In this document: positions 19,266-30,104 of the stretch, in pieces
How positions within the stretch are numbered: position 1 is the stretch's first letter
Layout: each line of letters opens with the position of its first letter
Assembly (NCBI GenBank): GCA_018402195.1
Contig: JAGYIW010000002.1
Location: forward strand, 14,082-78,081
Direction: 5' to 3'
DNA from: Gammaproteobacteria bacterium
GTDB lineage: Bacteria; Pseudomonadota; Gammaproteobacteria; M30B25
DNA: 64,000 bases
Program-made: the position numbers and the translations under genes
The notes under the pieces: generated by a model
Database searches by the model: none
What the model was told of the DNA's origin: nothing
The model's input: only the letters and a program-made list of their open reading frames with translations

Positions 19266-19308
19266 TTTGCTATACAAGCCGTGGCGAACAATCACCTATA
19301 CCAAATTG

Positions 19309-20244
19309 CTACCTGCCCGGGATAAATAAGTTGTTAAGATCCGAATCTTCCATGCTTGGTTTCTGGAGGTCTGTGTGGGCGCTTTCTGTTGATGATGTTG
19401 GCGAACTCTCTTCCTTTGTGTTGTGGCGATTGGATTTTGGGTGGCTGGCGCCTTCCAACACTGGTTGTGTAATTAATTTTTCATGCATGTGCAAGGTCGA
19501 TGATTGCACAGCGTTATTAGGTAGTAAAACGTAAGCCACTGCAAGATGGCTTACTCCCACGAGCTGGGTTAATTTGATGCTGGCAGCTAAGGCATATGTC
19601 ACGAACCCAACAATCATAAGAGTTCCTGCAAGAGGGAGGTTAAAAAAGGCAATTATTGCGGCAGCCGTAATCACGGTTGCGCCAGCACCTGCAAAAAGCC
19701 AAGAGCCTACATCGAAAGTGAGTTTTTCATAAGCGTTGATAAGAGCGCTTCTTTCGCCACTCTTGTGTGCCTCGTTAAGCATCTTATAGGCTTCATCAGC
19801 TTCTTCCACGGCAAGCCAAAATCCGGTGATAGCAAAAACACCACATCCAATCGGTCCAATTAAGATTTGCAATGGCAGTGAGCTAAATAAAGTGCCGTGA
19901 CTGACAAAAGCAGCTAGCCCGTAAATCAGGGTGGCTAAGCCAACAATGCCAAGCAGCAAATAATCAAAAGTGCCATGCAGTGTTCTGGAGTTTTTTAATC
20001 CTGTATCTTTGGTAAACAGCCCCAAGCCATCAACAGTATTCCAAACAGGTCCCGCCAAGGCCAAGACAATAAAGCTTTCTATGGGTGTAAGTGCTGAAAA
20101 TAGGGCGACACCAAGAGCCACAGTTGCAATTATAAAGAAAACTTTGAGTATCACAGCTTCATTATCTCTGCGTTTGACAAAATGATAGTTATTGCCATTC
20201 TCGCCATTGGATTCTATTGGATGTATGTGCTCAGAGCCTGTCAT
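19309..20244 (-). CDS. hypothetical multi-pass membrane protein with low-complexity Ser/Thr/Glu-rich C-terminal tail
   Basis: ORF track starts at TTG 20325; ATG at 20244 is preceded by GAGGA; about 6 hydrophobic spans; no family recognised. Confidence 0.55.
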   Translation of the reverse strand: MTGSEHIHPIESNGENGNNYHFVKRRDNEAVILKVFFIIATVALGVALFSALTPIESFIVLALAGPVWNTVDGLGLFTKDTGLKNSRTLHGTFDYLLLGIVGLATLIYGLAAFVSHGTLFSSLPLQILIGPIGCGVFAITGFWLAVEEADEAYKMLNEAHKSGERSALINAYEKLTFDVGSWLFAGAGATVITAAAIIAFFNLPLAGTLMIVGFVTYALAASIKLTQLVGVSHLAVAYVLLPNNAVQSSTLHMHEKLITQPVLEGASHPKSNRHNTKEESSPTSSTESAHTDLQKPSMEDSDLNNLFIPGR

Positions 20245-20501
20245 AGGCGTATCCTCATTAATGATGGCTATAGGCAATAAAGTTATTTTAATGCGCTGTC
20301 CTACATTCCGGTGATCTCTGGACAAGAATAGTCAAATAAAAATAAGTTACATATAAAACATCCACCTAAGAGAAGATTAACGGATTATGGAACTTGTTGT
20401 GGATGAACTAAAACCCGAAAATTTTGATTAGTATGGCATAATTTCTGGTGTCTGTAGACAACTTAACTTGATTAGAGGCAAAAATTGTTGCTTAGGGAAT
20501 A

Positions 20502-20780
20502 GTGCTGGAGGAAATTACTGCTTACGAATATCCGCGCTTTTTTGGTGAAGTTGCGATGGAGATTGCATTAGAGAAAGTCCTGTTAGGAAAAACAGAAAAT
20601 CTAGATTCAACAAGCTTTTCACTGACTGGTGACTCTTATTGGCAATCTTATTCAGAAAGTGCGAAGATATGTTTCATGTTATATGAGACAAAATCTGGCA
20701 AAAAGATCAACAACAATCAAAAGCTAGACGAACAGGTGGCAGCACTCCAGCATGAGTTGTCGGGTGAAACAATTGATTGA
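20502..20780 (+). CDS. hypothetical protein
   Basis: 92-aa GTG ORF in an otherwise empty interval, weak AGGGA upstream; no recognisable family. Confidence 0.3.
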   Translation: MLEEITAYEYPRFFGEVAMEIALEKVLLGKTENLDSTSFSLTGDSYWQSYSESAKICFMLYETKSGKKINNNQKLDEQVAALQHELSGETID

Positions 20781-20938
20781 CCTAGTAGCTATATGGTGTA
20801 TTTGTTAGGCCCAGAGTAGCTGAGGTTTTATCAGCTCAATGGTGATAGGCTGTCTGATTTCTTTGTCGCGAATCAGCAAAACGATGATTGGGCAGTGATG
20901 AGGAAGATGCGTTAAGGTATCTTGTTATTAAGGAGATT

Positions 20939-21370
20939 GTGTTGGAAAAAAGCATTTGGCTAACAGCACTCAATGTTGACATAGCAAATAGGCGCGGTAA
21001 AAATACCTTATGTGAACACTTGGATATTCGATTTATTGAAGTGGGTGACAACTACCTCAAGGCCACCATGCCTGTGAATACAACAACAAAACAACCCATG
21101 GGGTTGCTGAATGGTGGAGCATCTTGTGCGCTGGCAGAAACAGTGGGTAGCACAGCAGCAAATTTTTGTGTGGATCAGTCGGTCTTATTTTGTGTAGGTC
21201 TGGATATTAATGCCAATCATGTTAGGGCGGCAAGAAATGGTTTGGTGACTGCAACAGCCAGGCCCATTCATTTGGGTAGAAAATCTCAGGTTTGGGGGAT
21301 AGAAATTTGTAATGCGGGTGGTCAGTTAATCTGCATGTCCAGATTGACCATGTTAGTAATGGAGAAATAA
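20939..21370 (+). CDS. PaaI/YbdB-type hotdog-fold thioesterase
   Basis: ..[43 protein letters not shown]..; AAGGAG 3 nt upstream of GTG 20939 (ORF track starts at 20888). Confidence 0.7.
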   Translation: MLEKSIWLTALNVDIANRRGKNTLCEHLDIRFIEVGDNYLKATMPVNTTTKQPMGLLNGGASCALAETVGSTAANFCVDQSVLFCVGLDINANHVRAARNGLVTATARPIHLGRKSQVWGIEICNAGGQLICMSRLTMLVMEK

Positions 21371-21852
21371 TGATGGAGTTACTCAAAGAAAAAACCGGTA
21401 TTGTCCAAGTCAAAAAACTTGATGCTCGACTGGGTACGACATTTCCTGAACCTCAATACGCCACGCCAGGTTCAGCGGGGCTAGATTTGGTGGCATGCTT
21501 AGATAAGCCGCTACGCCTTTGTCCTGGTGATGCTGAGCTAATTCCCACAGGGATAGCTCTGTATATAGCCAATCCATGTTTGTCAGGGATGATTTTGCCG
21601 CGTTCTGGACTTGGGCATAAGCACGGTATTGTGCTAGGTAATTTGATCGGCTTGATTGATGCCGATTACCAAGGTCCGCTCATGGTATCATGTTGGCATC
21701 GTGGTGATACACCATTTCGTATCATGCCAGGTGATCGAATAGCGCAGTTGATTTTTGTTCCCGTCATGCATCCAAGCTTTGCGTGGGTGGATACATTTGA
21801 TCAAAGTGAGCGTGGTACAGGTGGCTTTGGTTCAACGGGAGTATCTTCCTAA
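21370..21852 (+). CDS. dut: dUTP diphosphatase
   Basis: [37 protein letters not shown] motifs. Confidence 0.9.
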   Translation: MMELLKEKTGIVQVKKLDARLGTTFPEPQYATPGSAGLDLVACLDKPLRLCPGDAELIPTGIALYIANPCLSGMILPRSGLGHKHGIVLGNLIGLIDADYQGPLMVSCWHRGDTPFRIMPGDRIAQLIFVPVMHPSFAWVDTFDQSERGTGGFGSTGVSS

Positions 21853-21873
21853 GAGAGGTTGTGTGTGCGTGTT

Positions 21874-22638
21874 ATGACGTTGAATATCAATGGTATTCGT
21901 GCTGGAGCTCGCAAAGGTTTTTTTGATTGGTTTGCGCAGCAATCAGTGGATGTACTGTGCTTGCAAGAAATCAAAGCCCAAGAAGATCAGTTACAAGATC
22001 CCGTGTTCAACCCCGATGGTTATCATCGTTATTTAGCATGTGCAGAAAAAAAAGGTTATAGCGGGGTGGCGCTTTATCTCAAAAAAACTCCTGAGCAGGT
22101 GGTGCAGCGTTTGGACTGGGCTGTGTCTGATCAGGAAGGGCGTTATGTGCACGCAGAGTTTGCCAATTATGTTGTGGCTTCAGTATACCTGCCATCAGGA
22201 ACGAGTGGCGATACACGCCAGGCTGTAAAATTTGCCTATCTGGACACGGTGATGGTGCATTTGAAGCGTTTGCAAGAGTTGGGTAAATCACTGATTATAT
22301 CGGGTGATTGGAATATTGCTCATAAAGCCATTGACTTGAAAAATTGGAAAGCCAATCAGAAAAATTCAGGATTTTTACCAGAAGAGAGAGCGTGGATGGA
22401 CGCTTTGTTTGCTGAAGATATGTTGGTGGATGCACTCCGGGTGGTTAATAAAGAGCCTGATGTCTATACCTGGTGGTCTAATCGAGGCAGGGCTTGGGAT
22501 AATAACGTTGGATGGCGCATTGATTACCAAGTGGTGAGCCAGGATTTGATGCCAAAAATTCAGGCTGCAAGCGTCTATAAGCAACAACGTTTCTCTGATC
22601 ATGCGCCCCTGATTGTGGAATATGATATTAAGGCATAG
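21874..22638 (+). CDS. xth: exodeoxyribonuclease III
   Basis: MTLNINGIRA..DVLCLQEIK..SGDWNIAH..WWSNR..RIDY..SDHAP; ORF track start 21859. Confidence 0.85.
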   Translation: MTLNINGIRAGARKGFFDWFAQQSVDVLCLQEIKAQEDQLQDPVFNPDGYHRYLACAEKKGYSGVALYLKKTPEQVVQRLDWAVSDQEGRYVHAEFANYVVASVYLPSGTSGDTRQAVKFAYLDTVMVHLKRLQELGKSLIISGDWNIAHKAIDLKNWKANQKNSGFLPEERAWMDALFAEDMLVDALRVVNKEPDVYTWWSNRGRAWDNNVGWRIDYQVVSQDLMPKIQAASVYKQQRFSDHAPLIVEYDIKA

Positions 22639-22640
22639 CG

Positions 22641-23335
22641 CTATGTAGATTCAGAAATAGCCAGCTGTTGTAAGGCAAATAGTTCACTGATGCCTTGCTT
22701 GGCAAGCTTTAGCATGGTTGCCAGAGCTTCATCATCAAAGGGTTTTTTTTCCGCGGTGCCTTGGATTTCAATAAATTTGTTCGCATCATTCATAACCACA
22801 TTCATATCTGTGTCTGCCTGGCTTGTCTTTTTCATAGTCTAGGTCAAGTACTCGCTTCGCCCATCGACCATGCCTACGGAAATAGCAGAAACCCAATGTT
22901 TGAAAGGATCTTGCTTAAGTTTCCTGCGGCTAAAAGGTGGTTGATGGCTTGACGCAGGGCAACACAGCCCCCGGTGATGGCTGCTGTGCGTGTGCCTCCA
23001 TCAGCCTGAAGGACATCACAGTCTACTGTGATACAGACATCCTTAAGCCTCTTAAGGTCAACCGCTGCACGCAAAGAACGACCAATAAGGCGCTGGATTT
23101 CCAAGGTCCTACCACCTTGTTTGCCTATGGCTGCTTCACGGTTCATGCGCTCATGGGTAGATCTTGGGAGCATGCCATATTCAGCAGTAACCCAGCCACG
23201 GTCGCTATTTTGTAAAAAACGGGGCAGGTTGGAAGCGATGCTGGCGTTGCACAGTACCCGGGTGTTGCCAATAGTGATTAGTACTGACCCTTCAGCGTGC
23301 ATGGTGTAGTCATTTTCTAGGGTAACTTGACGCAT
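22641..23335 (-). pseudogene. rph: ribonuclease PH, broken by a cluster of small indels at about 22836-22925
   Basis: N-terminal 153 aa (..[40 protein letters not shown]..) and C-terminal 64 aa (..[17 protein letters not shown]..) are in separate ORFs. The missing middle ([19 protein letters not shown] / VLDLDYEKD) is readable in other frames. Confidence 0.8.
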
Positions 23336-23607
23336 AAAAAGCTTTTCCTTATAAGTTAAAGCATTGGTTTTTCATGGGTTTTGAGTTTGTTTTTACAGAA
23401 TTTTGAGTCAATAATAAGTATTATAACATGTGGAGATGGGGGAATGGAATCCTTGCTTGATGATATTATTTATGATTTTTATTTATATCAATTGGTTATG
23501 TTTAATATGGAAGGGGGTTGTGGTAAGAAAAACTGAAAAAATGGGTGTCTTCTGTGAAAGGATTCGTTAGTATAGTCATCCTCAGTGAGTAAACGGATGA
23601 CGAATTG

Positions 23608-24471
23608 ATGGTCTCAAGTATGACAGCATTTGCGCGAGAAGTCATGCAAACTGACATGGGGATTCTTACCATAGAAATGAGAACATTAAACTATCGATAT
23701 CTCGATGTTCATATGGTCGTGCCAGAAAATTGGGATCAGTTTATCGATGAGGGGTCTCAGGTAGTCAAACATTATCTGCGCCGTGGCCGGGCAGAATGCC
23801 GGGTCCTATTTGAGCCAATCCAAGATGATAGTGCATTTCGAGTCAATATGCACCTTGTTGAGCAGTTAACAGAAGCAGTCGAAGCCATGGCGTCTGTATA
23901 TCCACATGCGCAAGGGGTGAACGCTTGGGATTTATTGTCATGGCCAGGAGTCTTGCAGGCAAAGTCTATGGTGATTGATGAAGTCAGGAAGGATGTAATG
24001 TCATTATTGAAGTCAGTGACAAGCTCCCTGGTTAAAGTGCGTATGCGTGAAGGGAAAGCCTTAGGGCAAGCCATCAAAATCCGTTTGGAGATATTTCTGG
24101 AAGAGGTAGCCGCCATTAAAAAGCGTATGCCTTGGGTGTTGCGAAAGCAACGAGAAAAGCTCCATGCCAAATTGAGCGCAGTCAAAAGTGGTTTCGATCC
24201 CATGCGTCTAGAGCAAGAAATGATTATTTTTGCCCAGAGAATGGATGTTTCTGAGGAGATTGAGCGCTTAGAAGTTCATGTTAACGAGGTCTTGCGAGTG
24301 TTGGAGGGGGATGGACCCATAGGCCGCCGCTTAGATTTCATGATGCAAGAATTGAATCGTGAGGCGAACACCTTGGCTTCGAAGTCAGTAGATGCTAAAA
24401 TATCGCATGCTGCAGTGCAGTTGAAAGTTTCAATTGAACAAATGCGCGAACAAGTTCAAAATATTGAATAA
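23608..24471 (+). CDS. yicC: YicC-family stress-induced protein
   Basis: MVSSMTAFAREV.. aligns to the YicC N-terminus MIRSMTAYARRE; C-terminal ..MMQELNREANTLASKS.. Confidence 0.8.
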   Translation: MVSSMTAFAREVMQTDMGILTIEMRTLNYRYLDVHMVVPENWDQFIDEGSQVVKHYLRRGRAECRVLFEPIQDDSAFRVNMHLVEQLTEAVEAMASVYPHAQGVNAWDLLSWPGVLQAKSMVIDEVRKDVMSLLKSVTSSLVKVRMREGKALGQAIKIRLEIFLEEVAAIKKRMPWVLRKQREKLHAKLSAVKSGFDPMRLEQEMIIFAQRMDVSEEIERLEVHVNEVLRVLEGDGPIGRRLDFMMQELNREANTLASKSVDAKISHAAVQLKVSIEQMREQVQNIE

Positions 24472-24506
24472 TTTATTATTCCATTGTTTTTTATCGGAGT
24501 TGCTTT

Positions 24507-25127
24507 ATGGATCAGGGTGGTTTATTTGTAGTTTCAGCTCCGTCTGGGACTGGGAAAACCAGCCTTGTGGCTGAGTTGGTTAAGCGTCTGCCAAATTTGA
24601 TGGTGTCAATCTCCCACACAACGCGATCCAAGCGTTCGGGCGAGAGGGATGGTATCAACTATTTCTTTGTTGGGCGTGACGCTTTTGATCACATGGTAAG
24701 CAGTGGTGCCATGTTAGAGTATGCCAATGTCTTTGGTGAAGGCTACGGTACTTCCAAGGACTGGGTCTTGGCTAAGTTGGATGCAGGGCAGGATGTTATT
24801 TTAGAGATTGACACTCAGGGCGCTGAGCAAGTTCGGTCAATGTATCCTGAGGCAGTGTCAATTTTTATTTTGCCACCATCTATGCCTGTACTACGTTCAC
24901 GCATTCAGGCTCGTCGCCAAGATGACGAAGCAAGTATTGCTAAACGTATGGAGCAAGTTCAGGGTGAGGTGGGGCAATACAAGCATTATGATTACTTGCT
25001 AGTGAATGATGATTTTGATTTGGCCTTAAAGCATTTGGCTTGCATTGTTCAGAGCGCACGGTTACGGATTAAACGTCAAGAGCCAGCATTGAGAAAAATA
25101 CTGGAAAGTTTTGCTCTAAACAGTTAA
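24507..25127 (+). CDS. gmk: guanylate kinase
   Basis: SAPSGTGKTS P-loop, ..HTTR..R.GE.DG..YFF.. Confidence 0.9.
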   Translation: MDQGGLFVVSAPSGTGKTSLVAELVKRLPNLMVSISHTTRSKRSGERDGINYFFVGRDAFDHMVSSGAMLEYANVFGEGYGTSKDWVLAKLDAGQDVILEIDTQGAEQVRSMYPEAVSIFILPPSMPVLRSRIQARRQDDEASIAKRMEQVQGEVGQYKHYDYLLVNDDFDLALKHLACIVQSARLRIKRQEPALRKILESFALNS

Positions 25128-25162
25128 ACTAATGTTTTTAATTATCTATATGGGATTGAGGC

Positions 25163-25504
25163 ATGGCTAGAGTAACGGTTGAAGATTGTATCGAGCGAAT
25201 TCCCAATCGTTTTGATTTGGTGCTGAGGGCTTCTGAAAGAGCGCGCAAGCTAGATAGGGCAGATGCACAATCCCCTCTAGATATAGAGAATGATAAAAAC
25301 ACGGTTGTGGCCTTGCGTGAAATTGCCGAGGGCATTTTTATGGAAGAGTTTGAGCGAGCAGACTTGCAGGGTGAAGAAGATGATGCCAAAGTGAAAGCTA
25401 GCAAAGAGGAAGAAACCTCTACGGCTGTTACTGACGTTGAAGGTGAAGCTGCTGAGGCTGGAGAAGCCTCTGAAAATAATGCCCCTGCTGAGGAAGACAG
25501 TTAA
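25163..25504 (+). CDS. rpoZ: DNA-directed RNA polymerase subunit omega
   Basis: [30 protein letters not shown]; acidic C-terminal tail; gmk-rpoZ-spoT-recG context. Confidence 0.85.
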   Translation: MARVTVEDCIERIPNRFDLVLRASERARKLDRADAQSPLDIENDKNTVVALREIAEGIFMEEFERADLQGEEDDAKVKASKEEETSTAVTDVEGEAAEAGEASENNAPAEEDS

Positions 25505-25576
25505 TTGCGTACCCAGTGAGTGATTGCATGATAAACGCCACCTTCAGGATTTTTTTCTTGTGACAAGGGCTTTATT

Positions 25577-27697
25577 GTGTGGCTTTTTTTTAAACTTAGA
25601 TACAAATTATATTATCTAGACAGAGAGAAAATAGCACTTATCTACAAGGCTTTTCGCTTTGCTAGAGCGTGCCACAAAGGCCAGATGCGCCACTCTGGTA
25701 TTCCTTACATTACCCATCCTGTTGAGGTCGCTTTAATCCTTTCTGCCATGAAGCTGGACTACCAGACTATTGCGGCTGCGCTGTTGCATGATGTTATTGA
25801 AGATACTGAAGTTGAGAAAGAAGTAATAGCCGAGCGCTTCGGTGAGCCTATTGCCATGCTCGTCGATGGTGTGAGTAAACTCACAAGGTTAAACTTTAAA
25901 AACCGTGAGGAAGAACAGGCCGCTTATCTACGCAAGATGTTTCTTGCCACGGCTTCAGACGTACGTATTTTCATGATTAAGCTGGCAGATCGCCTACATA
26001 ATATGCGTACGCTAGAATCCTTGCCGCCAGAAAAACAGCGCAGAAAAGCTGAAGAAACCTTAACCATCTATGTGCCAGTAGCCAACCGATTTGGTATGCA
26101 TGAATTTGCCATGGAAATGGAGGATCTCAGTTTTACTGCCAAATATCCACTTCGCTCAAAAGTGCTAGCTGCTGCAGTAGAAAAAGCTGAAGGTGAGCGT
26201 GCTGAACAATTCAATCAAATCAAGCAAGATATCAAAGAAGTATTGGCAAGAAGTCCTTTGGTACAATATGAAGTCAAAGGAAGAAGAAAGCAGCTATACA
26301 GTATTTACAAAAAAATGCGCGATAAGAAATTGTTGCTCTCTGAAATTTTAGATGTATATGCATTTCGGGTGTTGTTAGAATCTGTAGATGACTGCTATCG
26401 CTGTTTGGGTGTAACTCATCAGCTCTATGTGCCATTTTCTGAGCGATTCAAGGATTACATTGCCAATTCTAAAGCCAACAAGTACCAATCATTGCATACA
26501 ACACTTTTTGGTCCCAACGGTGTGCCTGTCGAAGTGCAGATTAGAACCTATGAGATGGATAGGCTTGCCAGTCATGGCCTAGCTTCACATTGGCTTTATA
26601 AGGTAGGTGAGGTTGATGTCAGTCAGGCCGAGCTGATTAAGCAAGAGTGGCTTCAGAATCTCTTAGATATGTGGAAATTATCTGGGAATTCCGTTGAATT
26701 TATTGAAAATGTTAAGATGGATTTGTTTCCCAATACCATTTATATATTTACACCACAAGGCGAAGTGCGAGAACTCCCACAGGGCTCTAGCGTACTGGAT
26801 TTTGCTTATGCGGTGCATACTGACATTGGTGAAAACTGTGTAGCGGCTCGGGTTGATAGGCATTTGGTGCCGTTATCTACTATTTTATCCAGTGGGCAAA
26901 CAGTGGAGGTAATCACATCACCTGAGGCCAAGCCAGAATTCTCTTGGTTGAAGTTTGTTGTCACAGGGAAGGCACGCAGCAAAGTCAGCAATTATCTCAA
27001 ACACCAGCGTCGCAAGCAGTCGATTATTTTGGGTGAAAGCTTGTTTCAGCAAATACTGATTCAGCAACAAGTTGCCCTTCAGCATGTGAAAGAATCATAT
27101 CTAAAGAAGCTATTCGAACGTTATAAATGCAAGACCATCGACGATTTATACGAGACCATTGGTTTGGGCTATCAAGAGCCGGAGCAGGTGGTTGAAAGCT
27201 TGTTGGCGTTGTTGGGGGCACAAAAATCATCAGAAGATGACAAGGCCATCTTGATGCCTGAGTTAATCATTGGTGCTGCTGATGATCCAGGCATCAAAAT
27301 GGCCAATTGTTGCTACCCTGTCCCTGGTGACAAAGTGCTCGGAGTGATGACGCCGGGTCTGGGGATGACGGTGCATGTGGCGCACTGTAAAAAAATCGGC
27401 AGGGTGAGACAGCAGGGGCGTATGATACCTTTGCGTTGGTCTGACGAGATAAGCAGTGAATTTCCGGTGGAATTAAAGCTTGTTGTGGAGGACAAAATTG
27501 GTTCTTTGAATAACTTAACCTCTATTTTGGCAGCCAGCCAAGTATCTATCATCGATTTGGATGTGAGGGGTTTGGAGAATGGCTTTGCTGAAGGTAATGT
27601 GAAAGTGTGGATAAAAGATCGATTACATTTAGCCAAAGTACTGCGTTTGTTAAGGCGTGAGCGCATTGTGATTCAGGCTTCTCGACACTGTGGCTAA
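25577..27697 (+). CDS. spoT: bifunctional (p)ppGpp synthetase/hydrolase
   Basis: 706 aa; HD hydrolase motif (HPVEVA..LLHDVIEDT), RelA/SpoT synthetase core, TGS and C-terminal ACT-like region; GTG start. Confidence 0.85.
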   Translation: MWLFFKLRYKLYYLDREKIALIYKAFRFARACHKGQMRHSGIPYITHPVEVALILSAMKLDYQTIAAALLHDVIEDTEVEKEVIAERFGEPIAMLVDGVSKLTRLNFKNREEEQAAYLRKMFLATASDVRIFMIKLADRLHNMRTLESLPPEKQRRKAEETLTIYVPVANRFGMHEFAMEMEDLSFTAKYPLRSKVLAAAVEKAEGERAEQFNQIKQDIKEVLARSPLVQYEVKGRRKQLYSIYKKMRDKKLLLSEILDVYAFRVLLESVDDCYRCLGVTHQLYVPFSERFKDYIANSKANKYQSLHTTLFGPNGVPVEVQIRTYEMDRLASHGLASHWLYKVGEVDVSQAELIKQEWLQNLLDMWKLSGNSVEFIENVKMDLFPNTIYIFTPQGEVRELPQGSSVLDFAYAVHTDIGENCVAARVDRHLVPLSTILSSGQTVEVITSPEAKPEFSWLKFVVTGKARSKVSNYLKHQRRKQSIILGESLFQQILIQQQVALQHVKESYLKKLFERYKCKTIDDLYETIGLGYQEPEQVVESLLALLGAQKSSEDDKAILMPELIIGAADDPGIKMANCCYPVPGDKVLGVMTPGLGMTVHVAHCKKIGRVRQQGRMIPLRWSDEISSEFPVELKLVVEDKIGSLNNLTSILAASQVSIIDLDVRGLENGFAEGNVKVWIKDRLHLAKVLRLLRRERIVIQASRHCG

Positions 27698-27709
27698 TGG
27701 AGGTAGGGG

Positions 27710-29807
27710 ATGACAGCGAAGCCGTGCCTATCTAGTGTTCCTTGTACGCAGTTGGCTGGTGTTGGTACAAAAGTGGCAGAAAAACTTGCGGGGCTTGGTA
27801 TTCAGTCAGTGCAGGACGTTCTGTTCCATTTGCCCCGATCCTATCAAGATAGAACCACCATTATTCCTATCAATCGCGTGACCGTAGGGATGCAGCAATT
27901 GGTGCAGGGTGAGATTCTCTCTGCGCAAGTAATTTACGGACGGCGTATAAGTCTCTTGGTTAATCTTTCCGATGGTGCAGGTCTTCTGACACTGCGTTTT
28001 TTTCACTTCAGCCACGCCATGAAGACTCAGCTATCCCAAGTTGGAGGGATACTGCGTTGCTTTGGGGAAATCAGGTTTGGGTCAAAAGGGCTAGAGATGG
28101 TGCATCCTGAGTATCAGCGTGTTGATAGCCAGACTAAGGCACCGTTGTCATCAGCATTAACACCCGTTTACCCACTGACAGAAGGGCTGGGACAAGTGAT
28201 GCTTAGATCGCTAGTGGCAAAAGCGCTGGTGTATTTTGCAAGCCATGGTGCTTTACAAGAGTATTTACCTGATTTTATTCGTCATCAATATGGTTTTGCT
28301 TCCTTAGAAGAAGCATTACAGTTTGTCCATAACCCACCTTTGCATGCAGATACCAAATCAATAATGAATGGAAATCACCCTGCAGTGCAGCGTTTGTCTT
28401 TTGAAGAATTGCTGGCACATCAGTTGGTAATGATACAAAGTCGTGAAATATTCAGGCGCCAACAGGCACAGGCGCTGAAGCAGGATGACTCCCTGCGCCA
28501 GCAGTTGGTGAAATGGTTGGGATTTGACCTTACAGATGCTCAGAAAAGGGTTATCAAAGAAATCGATGCAGATCTCAATCAGTCTGTGCCTATGATGCGT
28601 TTGCTGCAGGGTGATGTTGGCTGTGGCAAAACTGTGGTCGCTGCTATGATCATTTGTCGTGCCTTGGCCTCGGGTAAACAGGCAGCACTGATGGCGCCCA
28701 CGGAAATATTAATGAAACAGCATTTTAATGCATTTTTCACAGTGGTTTGGAAAACAGATATTAAGGTGCGGTTTTTTCGGCGAAGGTAAAGGCGCAAAAG
28801 CACGCAGAGATGTTTTGCAGGCGATAGCAAAGCAGGCTCCTCTGGTGGTGGTTGGCACCCATGCTTTATTTCAAGATGAGGTGACTTTTGCCGATCTTGG
28901 ATTAGCTGTTATCGACGAGCAGCACCGCTTTGGGGTAGGACAGCGACAAGCGTTAATACAAAAAGGTTCTAAAAATGGGTTTGTACTACATCAACTTATC
29001 ATGACAGCTACACCCATTCCGAGAACCATGGCAATGACAGCCTATGCAGATCTTGATTATTCTATCATTGATGCTTTACCCAAAGGGAGAAAGCCGATAC
29101 AAACTGTCGTGTTGGCCAACAGTCGAAGAGATGATGTTGTTGAACGGGTGTTAGCTAATTATCAGGGCGGAGGGCAAGCCTATTGGGTGTGCACACTAAT
29201 TGATGAATCTGAGGTCTTGCAATGCCAAGCGGCTGAAGCCACTGCTGATATGTTGGCCAAACGTTTGCCAGGCGTTAATGTGGGCTTGGTGCATGGTAAA
29301 ATGCCATTTGATGAAAAAGAGACTGTAATGCAACAGTTCAAAAATCAACAAATTGCCTTACTGGTAGCAACAACAGTTATTGAGGTTGGGGTTGACGTGC
29401 CCAACGCCAACTTGATGATTATTGAAAATGCAGAGAGACTAGGGCTGGCACAGCTGCATCAGCTGCGTGGAAGAGTTGGTCGAGGCAGTGCTGCAAGTTA
29501 CTGTGTGTTGCTCTATCAGTCGCCTCTATCTAGCCGTGGGCAAGCTCGCTTGCATTTGCTGCGCAGTACCCACGATGGTTTTGTCATTGCAGAAAAAGAC
29601 TTACAGTGGCGTGGGAGTGGAGAAGTGCTAGGGACAAAGCAAACTGGCCTACCTCAGTACCGTATTGCAGATGTTTTACGAGATCAGGCTTTGCTTGAGG
29701 GGGTGCAAAAAGTGGCCAAGTGGTTGATGCAGCATGCGCCTGAAAGGGTTACTGCCTTGCAGCAGCGCTGGGTCAATGTCAAGCAGGCCAGCTACATGCA
29801 TTCGTAA
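27710..29807 (+). pseudogene. recG: ATP-dependent DNA helicase RecG, single frameshift at a T5 run (28733-28737)
   Basis: Two 359-aa ORFs overlap at 28728-28789; GDVGCGKT, DEQHRFGV, QLRGRVGRG motifs. Removing one T joins ..QHFNAF|SQWFGKQ.. Confidence 0.85.
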
Positions 29808-29897
29808 AAAAAAAGGTAATTTGAAATGGTTAGTCAGTACATTTGCCCGTTGTTATGTGATAGCATAACTGAGATGTAGGTCTCTAGGAGTATTGTC

Positions 29898-30104
29898 ATG
29901 ACCATGAACGATCAAGCCTGTGCAGATGATTGGGTAGAAATCACTGGTGAGGATTTACCATTAGCTTGTCCCATGTCTCACCAAGGTATTCAGCATGCAC
30001 ATCCTCGCGTTTATTTGCCCATAGAAAAATCTGGCAAAGCCACGTGCTATTACTGTGGGACTTTGTATGTACTCAAAGATTTTTCAGGCAAAATGGATGA
30101 ATGA
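29898..30104 (+). CDS. small zinc-finger (CHCC-type) domain protein
   Basis: 68-aa ORF, ..LACPM..HPRVYL......ATCYYCGTLYVL..; overlaps the next gene start. Confidence 0.5.
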   Translation: MTMNDQACADDWVEITGEDLPLACPMSHQGIQHAHPRVYLPIEKSGKATCYYCGTLYVLKDFSGKMDE

